From positions 839,412 to 903,411 of the forward strand of contig RHPI01002402.1 of the NCBI GenBank assembly GCA_009103225.1: a stretch of DNA of 64,000 bases, written 5' to 3'. Position numbers and translations under genes: made by a program. Origin of the DNA: Chlorokybus atmophyticus (lineage: Eukaryota > Plantae > Mesostigma and Chlorokybus algae). The notes beneath the pieces were generated by a model, which worked only from the letters and a program-made list of their open reading frames with translations, ran no database searches and was not told where the DNA came from. This document shows, in pieces, positions 52,692-64,000 of the stretch; positions within the stretch are counted from its first letter, which is position 1, and each line of letters begins with the position of its first letter.

Positions 52692-54868
52692 TCAATCTGC
52701 TCGCAGCTGCATAAGCTCCCAGACCATGCGCTGCCGAAAGTACTCCATGTTGTCCTGCGAAAAGGTAAACGGCGCATTGCGCGACTGGTAGTCTGCATAC
52801 TTGACCATGAACACCCCACAATCGCAGGAATTCCGCTGTTCCGGGATGTCTTTGGGAAACACGCGCGGCCAATCGCTGGTGTCAAGCTTTGCGTCATCCT
52901 TGTGCGCCACTTCTTCGGTGATGTAGCGCGCAAGGTTCTCTAGGCAGGCTCTGTCCTGGCCTCCCATGGAGTCATAATACTCCAGCTTTCGGTTACGCAT
53001 GTTGACAATAGCAAGGCACCAGTGAACTTGCTGGTGTATGGGGACAATCACCTTGTCGCAGTCCTTCAACGAATAGCCTAGCCTCTTTTTCAAAGTCCAC
53101 CTACGCACGGCGCCATAGTTATACTGGCGGCCGTCTGCGAACAACTTGTTGTAGAAGAAGGTGTTGAAAAAATGGCAGCGAGGGTATGGCGACTGGCCCT
53201 TCTGCTGATATCGAGCCTGTCGTTCTTGCAAAAGGTGCAGGTAGAGATTGATGACTTCATCGTTGAGCCACTCCAACGGGCGCAAGCATGCCATCTTCTC
53301 GCGTGAGATCTCATATCCTGACTCTTTGTGTGATGTGAGCACCTCCTCGCGGCGACCTTTGCCATAAAGTACTCTGTGAACAAGAGCTTGTGCCTCCTCC
53401 GATAGTGGCACCAATGCCGAGTCCTGCGTGACAGCCAGTGTCAACAAAAGTAACCCGCTCAACAACTGTGCTGAGTATCAAGGAAAGATGGCCATTACCA
53501 CAGCAACTTGCACAAAGCAACAACATACCCCCTGCATACCTCTTTAGGCTCAATCCGCAGCTCTGCCCGCAAAGCTTCCTGGTCCCTCAGTTGCAGGCGA
53601 GACAGCTTCAATGCTTTCAAGGAACCCTGGACTGCTTGAATCTCAAGGTTTCGAGGATCTGGGGACACTGTACATAACGTCTTGCTTTTCTCCAGCTCTG
53701 CCTTCAGACCTTGCACAGCCGCGCTGATTGCAGCACTGGGAGCGGACGTGGTGTTGGACTCAGGCTCGTGGCAGCGTGCAGTTGGTTGAGGAGAGGCAAG
53801 CGCGTGTACAGCCTCCACACGATAGGAGGGCAGTGAAGCACGTCGACCCCTGGATATTGCAACCTCAGGCACCATGCTCTGTTGAGCAGATGGGTCCGCA
53901 AGCAGTGTTCTGAGCGAAGCTGATGTTGTGGCTAAAGCTCTTCGACCCAACCAACTGTCAGTAGGGTGTTGAGCAAAAGCACTAAGCACTCTTGCGTAAC
54001 GTTCCAGGTGCTCGGGCCTTGCAGGTGGGTGAGCCACGTGCTTTCGCCGTTGAGTGGGGACTGCAAAGTACTCTGGACCCTTCGCTTGCTCCAACGCCTC
54101 TCTTAACACACCTATATCATTGGGAGCTGCACGGGCCGCACGCACCGCATCCTGCTCCAGCTTACGTGTTTGCCAGCCATAAAGCTTGGCGAAGTGCTCT
54201 TGTTGCTTTGGAGGTCGCATGCTGCCTTGCCCAGCATTCCGTTGCCATTGGTGTTGTTGCTGGTGTTGGTGTGATGGCGCTTCATGCTGGCCAACGTTGT
54301 TTCCTTGGGCTACCCGTCCCGAGTAACTGCCTCGGCGCGGCAAGTACGCTGAACCATTGCCATAAGTTAACTGTTCAACTCCCTGCTGCTGATGGCGACC
54401 AGCATCATCATTCTGCAAAGCGTCGGGTCGATTATGTTGACATGGTCGTCGACGTCTGTGCTGCTGCCAGCCATCATCATTGTCGTGTAAGTCACTTGTT
54501 GCTGCAACCTCCATTGCTTGCACTGTCTGCGGACGCACGTTCAACTGGTTTGATGGACTCTGATGCTGAGGTGTATGCTGCTGCTGCAGCGCAAGAATGC
54601 CCGCAGAAGACAAACTGGTCGTGTTATCGCGTTGCGTTGGGTGCAGCTTGTAATTTGTCATCTCGTTCGTTCTGGTGGGCGAGATGCTCCGTGCACCGCC
54701 CGCAGTGCGGGCACGCTTTGCGGATGGCTGAGCGACTGTGCTCGCAAGGCGTTTGCGAGAAAGTGCGGGAAAGAACAGCTTCCATAGGCTCCGTGCCAAC
54801 GCTGTCCCAAGTCGTCGCAGTGGTGGCAGCATTGACAGCGATGCTGTCACCCCATTAGCTGTGATCAT
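52692..54868 (-). CDS. ULP1: SUMO protease, Ulp1/C48 family (ESD4/ULP1a-like), 2 coding exons
   Basis: CLRPLEWLNDEVINLYL, HFFNTFFY, PIHQQVHWCL (His), YYDSMGG (Asp), PEQRNSCDCGVF (Cys); long low-complexity N-terminus; probable donor gag|gtatgc near 53540. Confidence 0.93.
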
Positions 54869-55638
54869 GGGACACTTGTTAGCACAAGTATTACTGCATG
54901 GACAAGAATCTCACCAAGCGTGTGATCCCTGCACCCAAGCATTTGCGTAATTGGAGAAAGAGATGAGAGCATGCATGCACTACGCGCACTACACTGAACA
55001 CTCACCAGGCAGCAGGCTGAAGCAGCAGTGCTTATCTTAGGGTAAGCATCAAGAGAGGAAATGCCACAAGGTTTGCATGCACGCCCTGTCACGAAGGAGG
55101 CGGTGAGTACCTGCAATGTATTTCGTATACGTGGGTGCTACCAAAAGGAAGACTAGCTAGGCTATGACGCCTGGTGTAAGCCCAAGTGCGAGCTGAACGT
55201 GTCTGTGGCTGAATCAAATTGGCGCCAAAAGGATGGCTTGGAAAGCAGGTTGGAATACAATGCATTTATTCGTTTGTAGTAAAACTCAGTCGTAACCGAC
55301 GTGCAGTGGGCAATGCGGCACAAAACACAAAAGTAAGTGGTTGACCTTGACTCACCTGAAGAACACCACTACCAGTCTTTTCCGGCCACGTTGTACTGTT
55401 AGCCTATTGAAGGCTGACGACCAGCGCTGTAGCCCTTGCTGCTGCTGCCTCTGCAACCAAGATCACCGCGGCGGCGCTGCTCGCTGCTTGCGCCACGCCA
55501 GCTACACCCACGCCCACGACGTCACCAACCAAGCAGGCGATAATGAACTAGAAGCGTACTTGTTTCCCGCCCGCTGCAACGGACCAAAACGGGAGGCGAA
55601 TAACGTTTGCAGACTTTTCAACCGCAGCTGAGCTGAAT

Positions 55639-55646
55639 TAGGGTTT
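55639..55646 (+). promoter_or_regulatory. Telo-box (TAGGGTTT) upstream of VPS3, in the ULP1/VPS3 divergent region
   Basis: Exact motif about 250 bp upstream of the ATG at 55891. Confidence 0.55.
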
Positions 55647-55890
55647 GGGCGGAGTGTCCAGCTGGCAGCTTGGGTGCATGTAAGGCGCAGGCGGCGCAGG
55701 TGTAGCCGCGTGCGCGTGGTTGGACGCTTGCTGAGTGTTGTGAGGACTGTGCTTTGGGGTTGTCGTGTCATTGAGTACTTCAATGAGGGCTGAGGGGGAG
55801 GCTGGTGTTGGCGCATGCAGCTGCTGCAGCAGGAGCAGCACCACCCCTGGGTTGTGATGCGCAGCATGCAGCGCTGTTTCCTTGGCGTGA

Positions 55891-58800
55891 ATGATGTCTA
55901 CGGACGGCCGACAATTAGATCCCTCGTTTGCAAAACGGAAGCGAACAGCTTTTCGGCTGGTCGAAGTAAGTCCTGAAATATACCCGTGTGCGTATTGACG
56001 ACAGTGGGACACAATCAATCAACCTGGTGCAGTAAGCTAAGAACGCATGCATCGCATTGCGTGTTCCAATCGTGCTGTACTGGGAAACAGCATTGGTGTA
56101 CGCGCAAATAACGTCGCATGGCATCATGAGGAGCAGATTGCATGTGTATGTGCCATCAGCCGTCAAGGATTTTACACAGTTATGACACAGTCAACGTGAA
56201 TTCTGCAACAGTTAATGTTTGAGCCGACGACGTCCCACGGCATCCTAGCACGACTGCAGCACAGCATGCGTCCGCTTGCATCGCTATTGTGCATGCTTGC
56301 GGCAAATGTGTAGTATAGGCCATTCAGCAAGTGCCTGATAGCCTACACTTCATTTGCAAGTAGGGTTTTTGCTGTCTTAATCATCAACAGCATTGCGCAT
56401 CTACACCAAATCACTGGAACACACCATATCAGTGGTATACACCATATCAGCCACTGGGAGGATAGACCTCGTTTTGATAGACTTGTTGCAGTGTTTAGCA
56501 CATGCATGAGTGACATTCCCTTGTGGCGATGGAATGGTCATCAGTTTTTGAAACAACTCCACAGCCAGCTTCCCAAGTTCGCTGCGCTCATGGTCGGTTG
56601 CCTGTCACCAATCCTGTTGAACCTCTTTGTGACCGGTTTGGCATTTGTGGCAGACTGTTGTTTAATTGGAACTCTGTCTGCATGCATTATTAGTTGAAGT
56701 TTCACCGATTGTGCATTATCTTGTTGGGGCTGAGGTAGGCTGCACTGTGACTGATAGTCTTGGACGCTGTTGCTTCGGTAGGTGAACGGCGAACCTGCAC
56801 TTCCACCTCAAATAAGCATCTGCAGTGCGGCGTTGGTGGCCGGAGGCGCGTCGTTGTTCATAGGAACAACTGATGGCCAGTTGCTACAGTTGTTGTTGCA
56901 AGAGAGGCAGGAAGCATCCACCACTTCCGTGCAAGCGCGGTCCATTGGGAGGCGCCACATTGGACGCAGGTGCGGAGGATGTTCACATGAGTATACTTGC
57001 GTTCAGCAGATTCGCCCGTTTTAACTGTATCAATTGCAGGCCAGTGGATTCCTTGAGCATTGTCTCTGGACCAGGAGTGGTCGCTGCGTTGTGCGATGGC
57101 GCGCTTCTGCTATTTTCAAGTGATAGGCTCGAAGGGGATGGCTTGCCCATTCCTGATGTCAAGTCGGCAACAGTTGTTCTCTCCATTCCCGGTCAGGACT
57201 TTCCTGGAGGGCTGGTCGTAGCTGGTCGCAAGCGGCTACTTCAACTTGAGGTTCTTACCAAGCATTCTATGGGTTGCGATCCTTTCCCTGTTGTTCGGTT
57301 CCAGTACAATTGCGCAGGTGCGTGGCCCAGGAGGAGCTGGCGCTGGTAAGCCGGCTCGCATATGTGAACTTCAGGATGAAGTGTTATCCATGGCCTGGTG
57401 CGGTGATGCGCTCGCGATAGCAACTCAGCATGGGTACTCATTGCTCAATCTGCGCACACGTGCATCAATAAAGCTTTTCGACTTGCCTTCAACCGGAAGC
57501 CTCCCTCTTGTCAAGTCTCTGCCCTCGCTCCAAGCTGCACTTCTGCTTTCTGAGAATGTTGGGCTGTTTGTAGAGCCCACCGGGCAGCCCCAGGCCACAA
57601 CTGTCGTTTTTGTTATGGTGAGCGGTTTGCAACACCATGATGTGCTATGCCACATGGTGCTGACCTGAACTGCATTTGGTGCAGCACCCTTCCAGTATTG
57701 CACACAGCGCTCCATACCTCGTGGCCTTGCATAATGGCTATCTGGACGTGTATGACTATGCTAACAAAGGCAGGACACCTGCGGACGCACTTGTACAGAC
57801 ATTTGAACTCTCCCACACTGAGACGCACGGGTTGGTGCGTTTCTGCCACATCCATGCGGTGCGATTCATACAATGACACCGCTTCCATAGTTGACACATG
57901 TCTTATGTGCAGTTGATAGATGATGTTGACGGACAGCGAGTTTTGGCCATCACCAGCTCTACGGTGAGTTATCAGCTTTGTGGTGTTATCCGGTGCGATG
58001 GGTTGTCATCTTGTAAAGCTGTGATGAGCACCGTCAGCTACGGTATCCTGAACTTCACATCTGTTGCTGCAGCTGTGGTGCTTGTTGCCTGTGCTTGCTG
58101 AGGAACAAGTACGTGAGCTTCTGAAGAAGAAGCGATGCGAAGAGGCAGTTGCCATTGCTGAGGCCCTTTTTGCGTCGCAACAGTCTACCTTGATAGGCGG
58201 GGATCTACTGGAAGACTTGACGCGCGCAGAAGCCGGGTTTATCAGATGGCATGACCTGGATTTCAGTCAAGCGGTGAGACCACTGATCAGTAAATAGGCT
58301 GCAGAGCAAGTGCTCCTGCATCATGCTCAGTGCATGCACGCAGTGTGTAATGTATTCTCCCATTACCATCATTCTGTTCTCTCTCTATGTAGCTGTGCTT
58401 GTTTCGATGTTGGCATGGCTGCAGGACTGCTGTCCCTGACTTGTGCCATGTTCAGATTGAGCACTTCTTGCAATGCCCCCTGGTTGAGCCTGGCGAGTTG
58501 TTCGCATTTTTCCCCGAGTTCACTAGCCGGTACCGCCTGTTGTGCTGCAGTAACAAGAACCACCTCACATTCTTTCACGCTGATTGGCTGCTTGTGGCAG
58601 TTGGCGAACACGAGTGCCAACAAAAAGATATCTTGGCATGCACCCCGCCCCGCGCCGTCTCGCTGAGGTTGTGCAGAGTGGCTTACGCTCCTTGCGTACG
58701 GGTGTGGCACCGTGGCCCGCAGACCTGCCCCCTGAAACAGACTGGCGCAGCACAACGGACAGCCAGGAACACATAGACTACCATATTACACGTGCTAAGC

Positions 58801-60406
58801 GGAGTACCATCAAGTACCTCAACGCTGTGCGCACATTGCCTTCAGTCCCTTCACAGCAGCTAGCTGGGGTAGGTGCTGATGGCAACTGGTGTTCAACAAG
58901 CTGCCAGCATGCCAACAGTTTGCTAAGCTCTGGTGTGCAGGTGGACACACTGTTGCTGATATTGTTGGCAGAGACCGGTTCTTCCAGCGAGCTTGAGAAG
59001 TTTGCCTCCTCAGCAAACTCCTGCATGCTGGTCAGTGCATCTACGTGCAGATAGTTGCACTGGCAGCTTCAACATCACCTTTCAAACCGTCTGTTTCGGC
59101 AGAAAGAGTCTGAGGAGGTCTTGCGCAGCAAAGGGCAGGTCGCTGCACTTGCGCGTTTATTAGAGCAGAAAGGTGATCTGCGCGGTGCTTTAGGCATTTG
59201 GCAGGAGCTGAGTACCACCCATGAGGCGCTCGCACCCAGCAGCAATGTCAGCAATGTCATGAAGCAGAACACTTCAAGTGGCCTTGGTGTGCAAGAGTTC
59301 AAGCGTCTGCTTTCTGCTGTGGCGGATACTGCGTTTGTGCTAGAGCAAATACGCTGGGTACATGCAGTCTTGCCGAGCTCATTCACTGTTGATTGTTGCA
59401 CTTTGTGCTGACAATTGGTTGTGTGCCTTTCTGGCTTTCTCTTGTGCAGCTCATCCCTACAGACCTGGACACTGTCATGGACATTGTAACCTCAACCAGG
59501 AGATCAAGTGCGCTGTCGAGCAACGACGTGCTTGCATTCTTCAAGTCGCACAGCAAAGAGTTGGCTGCGTTTTACCTCGAGTACATTGTCACAGAGCAGG
59601 GCATTGCGGACACTCAGCTCCACACCGAGCTGGCCATGGCTTTGCTGTCAGCAACGCTAGCAGCACTGCCCAAGGATAGGCCACAACATGCTTCAAAGAC
59701 GCGAGACCAGCATCCGACAGATGACGTTCTCATGCCGCCCATACGACAGCGCCTGCTCCATTTTTTGAGAACCTCTGCTCACTACAGCGTCGAGGACGTG
59801 CTTGCCAAAGTGAAGCGAACCCAGCTTTATCATGAGCAGGTGGTGTTGTATGGCCGTACCCGGCAGCATCAAGAAGCGCTTCGGGTGCTGGCTCTTTCTC
59901 TGGGGGACTTTGAGGGTGCAGAACGATACTGCGAGGAACATCAGGATGAGGACACGCATATGCTGTTGCTCCATATTTACCTTATGCCTGGCCAGGGGCG
60001 TGAGGCTCTTCACTCGCAAGCAATGCGATTGTTGCAGCTGCATGGTCGGACACTCGACCCAGTGCAGGTGCTGGACTCGCTCCCAGCAGACATCCCACTG
60101 GGTCTTATTGTGGAGACACTGGCGCGCATGCTGCGTGAACGCGTGCATCGCCAATACCAGGGCCAGATAGTGCGCCAGCTGGCACGCGCAACTAGCCTCA
60201 CGGCTATGGCAGAGCATGCGCAGGAGAGGTTACGGTCCACCGTCATCACAGACGAGCGCTCCTGTCTCAACTGCCACACGCGCATCAGTACAAAGCCCTT
60301 TGCCATCTATCCCAACGACCACCTTGTCTGTTACAAGTGTTTACGCAAGTTCGGTGAGCATGTTGACCCTGTGAGTGGAAGAGATTTTCGTACAGGACAA
60401 GGGTAA
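55891..60406 (+). CDS. VPS3: VPS3/TGFBRAP1 (Vps39-family CNH + clathrin-repeat + C-terminal Zn domain; CORVET subunit)
   Basis: KRTAFRLVE|, LFIGTTDG, MAWCGD.LAIAT..Y.L.NL, EEQVRELLKKKRCEEAV, WRTRVPTKRYLGMHPAP, VDTLLL.LLAE, YLEYIV, LHTELA, LYHEQVVLYGR..QHQEAL, CLNCHTRISTKPFAIYPNDHLVCYKC..SGRDF. Confidence 0.9.
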
Positions 60407-61334
60407 ATCGCTGCTGGACACAGATGTGTAAGTTCTGCAGTGTCTTGGTTGTCTCTTTGGCGGCTTGTGTACAAAGCTTGGAATGCCGAGTATGTGTCTC
60501 CAGTGATGTTGCTAGCATCAGCACACTACTACTTGCTTCCTGGCATAACACGCGCCAAGTGCAACGGCAGCTGGGTTTTGACTGCTGCCTGGATCGCTGC
60601 TGTACCGACAATGGTGTGCTCTTTGAAACCGCAGGCAAAGGCATGCTTGATACTGTGTCTTATGCATATGCCAAAAGCTACGGGGGATTGCTTGATACTA
60701 GCTTGTGCCCTGCAAGCATGCTTCAAACATTGATGCATAAGCTAAACCAATCCTTACACCGTTTGGATTAATTGGCAGTACTTCACTGCGCTATTTGCTC
60801 CCTACCACATACTGATGGAATGACGCCACACAAGCACAAGCAAGAAGTAGATAGAGCTGTAGGGTTGAGCCTGGTGGGCTGGGCTGGGCTAAGAGGCATA
60901 AGATACAACAACTGCCATTAAAATAACGTATTACTCATCTGCCCTTTTCTCAGCATGGAAGCAGCACATAGATTGAACGCAGCCCCTGCCTTTGTGCAGC
61001 TGGTTGGCGTGGTGTTTGCACACTGATGTATGAGCGTATGCTCTATGCATGCAAAGACTGTGGCAAGGATTAGCAAATTTTCCCAATTGCATATGACGTT
61101 GTCTTGCACATCCATTCAGCCTGTATACAACCTATGCACAGGTAACTCTACCCGTTCATAAGCTATGATGATGGTCACGCACCACGCACATGCACACGCA
61201 CACGCACACGCACACGTGCACGTGTAGAGCACAAAGGATCACAGAGAATACACAGTACAGATGCAGCACACAAACATGGCACACAATACACACAGTACAC
61301 ACATGCACATAGACCAGCACCAAGCACAAATGCA

Positions 61335-62285
61335 GAGCCCGTATGGGCAGGTAGTGCACTACTAATACACATGTATGCATGCCAAACGGGGAGGTCTAGA
61401 CTAGGGTAGCGTAGTGAGGTTAGAACCAACAGTGTGTATAGCCCGGTGGTTGTGTTGCAATGTGCTTGCATGCTGTTTGGCATGCTGTGAGTGCTGTCAT
61501 GCATGCACCACCCGACCCCGCCAACCGTGCGTAACTGCCATTTATGTAGCGGCCCTGCGCGGTGCAGTGCCGACGTGGCACTGCACTGCGAGGGTAGCAA
61601 GAGACGAGGCAGCGTGAGCTGCCTGCATCGCACAGCTGGTGGGGGAGAGGGAGAGCAGGCGGGAGGGGTCGTCGTGCTTGCTGCTGCAGTTGCTGCCGTT
61701 GTCAACAACGACTAACACAGCCCATGTGGGCAGGTAATTGACCACTGACATGCATGCATGCATGTCTAACGGGGAGGTCTAGAGTAGTCTAGTGAGTTAG
61801 GTGTGAAGGAACAGTGTATACAAGGTGTATGGTACTATGCCAACATGCATGGTGTGCGGTCAATGTGTCTATAGCCCGGTGGTGTTGTATACTAGCGTGC
61901 TTGCATGCTGCTTGGTATGCTGCTGTTTGTGTCATGCATGTCTAAAAGACAGGCACCAGTAACATACATGATGGGTACTGTGCACGGAAATTCGAGCAAA
62001 GGTGACACACGCAAACCTAACCTTGGCAATCGGTTGTTGGCAAGCCCGCCAAGCTGCATGCACCATGGCACACCCTATATTTGCCTCACTCATTCACCTC
62101 ACTCTCTAACCTCACCCTGTGCTCTCCTCTTAGACCTACTTCCCTGCGTGCATGTTGCTTACTCTGTACTTCACACTCTACGCTCGTGTGGGCAGGTGAA
62201 TACAATCCATGCTTGCTGTATGACTGACGGGGTAGGCTAGAGTAGGCGTAGGATAGAAAGTACTAGCCCGGTGGTGAATAAAGTG
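61335..62285 (+). repeat. Three diverged tandem copies (spacing ~383 and ~462 bp) of an unnamed repeat
   Basis: Each copy has tgggcaggt (~61345, 61728, 62189), then acgggg(ag/tag)g..ctaga, then tagcccggtggt (61439, 61872, 62264). Copies 1 and 2 also share gtgcttgcatgctg and tgtcatgcatg. Confidence 0.85.
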
Positions 62286-62626
62286 TGGTTGATCCTGAGT
62301 ATGAGCGTGATGCATGTCATTGACATGTGTGAGCCCACCATGCATGTCGGCATACCAGCACACCCCCTTTGTACACTATTCCATCACTCCTTAAGCTTGC
62401 ACCTAGCGGTTATAGTTTGATAGTTGATAGAGCAAGCTGGAATCCGTGCACCTACCCTCCGCCAACGTGCTCGTAGGTGCATTGTGTGCGTGCAATACGT
62501 GTGCGCCACTGCGGGTGCCCTATGCATGCAACCTTTGGCTGTTCGAAGACTTGGGACTCGCAACGCCACCCACTGTTGCAAATAATCACAGCACCTTCAA
62601 TGACGTATCAGCGCAAGCTCTAGCCG

Positions 62627-64000
62627 TTATCGGTCTCTTTGTTTTGCATACGCGGCCAGCTCGCGCTTATGCCTGATTGCTAGATACCCGCGTGCTGTGG
62701 ACGTTACAATGCTACCCACAAAACCCAGAAGCATGGCTGCAACGACGTAGTTCCACACCGACGCAACTGTCCAGCGCTTTGCAGGCAAGTTGTCCTGCAT
62801 GGCAACGCAGTCAGTATGCCACATACAGGATCTGCACACGTGCATTGACTGGAGACGTACCTTCAACTCTGGTGGCACAGTGTACTTCTCCTTTGTGCTG
62901 TCAATAAGCGCATCAATCTTGGGTAGAAGCAGCTCACCATACGGCAGTGTTGGCACAAATCTATCAAGGAAACTCTGAATGCGATGCAGCTGTGTGGCAT
63001 TGAACACCACAATCATTGCCAGCGCCTGGCAAGAGAGCACCTCAGGTCAGAACTAGGTGTTGCACATGACCGTCTACCATTGAAGCCAAGTTAGACATAT
63101 ACTCAATGAAGACGACATGCATCTAGGCATAGCTCACTTGTATATGAACTTTCACAAACGCCTTGCCAATCATTGTTGCAGAGAAGAACTTCCAGAAAGG
63201 TACTAACAAGTGCCCACATGTGATGCCCGCCAAGTCAAACAGTGGGTTCGGAACCTGTGTAAAGCAGGGCATCAGCGTCACAACACCGACCTGTGCTTGT
63301 TCTATGGCATGGGGGTGGGACAATGGACTGCACATACCGAGGCGAACAACAGGATTGTAAACCACCCAAACTGCTGCGCGTGTTGAGCGACAAAGGCCTG
63401 CGCGCGATGGAAAAGCCCCGACTTCTTTTGATGCGACAGCTCTTCAAGCTCATCCAACTCCTTCACGCGCTCACCAGACAGACGCGCTGTGCATGTGCCA
63501 AGCTAAATCCATGCGTTATTCAGCACATACCTACCAAACAGGCCAACCAACCTGCTCGAGAGACAAAGTATGGAGGAAGCTCGCCGAGTGCAGTGCCTAA
63601 GCCCCAGAGGATGGCTTCTAACTGTACCGATCTTAAAATATGGTACACAGGGATTGTGAAACAATCCCACTCTTCGCCCCAATGGGCATACTGAGGTGCG
63701 CCGAACTCCACACATCGCCGGTGCTGTGATGGGCCATGCATCAATGACATGGCTGTTGACCATGCACAAGAAGAGATGCACTGTGTTTGCCGACATCAGG
63801 CTTGTATGCATGTTCTTGCGCGCAGTTAGAAGCACACATGCACACCTGCCAAGACGCATCGGAGCCCCATTGCGCAGTGTCATACGGCGCGGACTTGAGA
63901 TCAACTCTGCCACATTGTGTCGCCTTCAAAGTGAACCGCATGATGTGCGGTCCAAGATATAGAACAAACGTGTGCAAACCAGTGCCTGCGCCCCATCACA
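62627..64000 (-). CDS. VMP1: Vacuole membrane protein 1 (VMP1/KMS1), 5' part outside the window
   Basis: [113 protein letters not shown]; stop at 62627. Confidence 0.93.

Noticed and set aside
53992-54858. 288-aa plus-strand ORF, and similar long antisense ORFs over GC-rich first exons (e.g. 10020-10577, 41665-42123, 49241-49648)
   Set aside because: Shadow ORFs on the reverse strand of real GC-rich coding exons; no independent motifs.
60424-60771. 115-aa ORF just after the VPS3 stop
   Set aside because: Starts on a non-ATG codon in the probable 3' UTR; no recognisable domain.
61439-61450. TAGCCCGGTGGT as a tRNA D-arm/A-box (tRNA gene or tRNA-derived SINE)
   Set aside because: No B-box (GTTCRANYC), anticodon arm or acceptor stem follows in any of the four copies.

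Overview
Eukaryotic, intron-dense nuclear DNA (introns mostly 60-300 nt, almost all GT-AG) from a green alga. The proteins are land-plant-like (UPF2, VPS3, TMEM33, SAFE1, Agenet) and telo-boxes mark the promoters, which suggests an early-diverging streptophyte alga; this taxonomic placement is inference only. I assembled 17 apparently intact protein-coding genes by hand: CBR2-like(-), NFU(+), TXNL4B(-), ER FKBP(+), PPI/BFR1-like(-), RAB7(+), ING2-like(+), TMEM33(-), UPF2(+), SAFE1-like SET(-), HEME1(+), IPMDH/LeuB(-), a zinc-ribbon/ABHD10-like fusion(+), an Agenet/MBD-like/AT-hook protein(+), ULP1/ESD4-like(-), VPS3(+) and a 5'-truncated VMP1/KMS1(-). Fourteen of them form seven head-to-head pairs. 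The first 7 kb is decayed: a kinesin-3 pseudogene with many lesions, a possible Harbinger-type transposase remnant and a 115-bp tandem duplication. The most unusual items are (i) a triple zinc-ribbon protein fused in frame to an ABHD10-like hydrolase whose nucleophile Ser is replaced by Gly, (ii) several long near-perfect hairpins in non-coding DNA, one next to an orphan telo-box, (iii) an unnamed repeat family found at two convergent intergenic gaps, and (iv) a duplicated, stop-introducing splice acceptor in LeuB. There is one 81-N assembly gap. No rRNA, tRNA or CRISPR array was found. All gene models are manual and unverified by transcript data.
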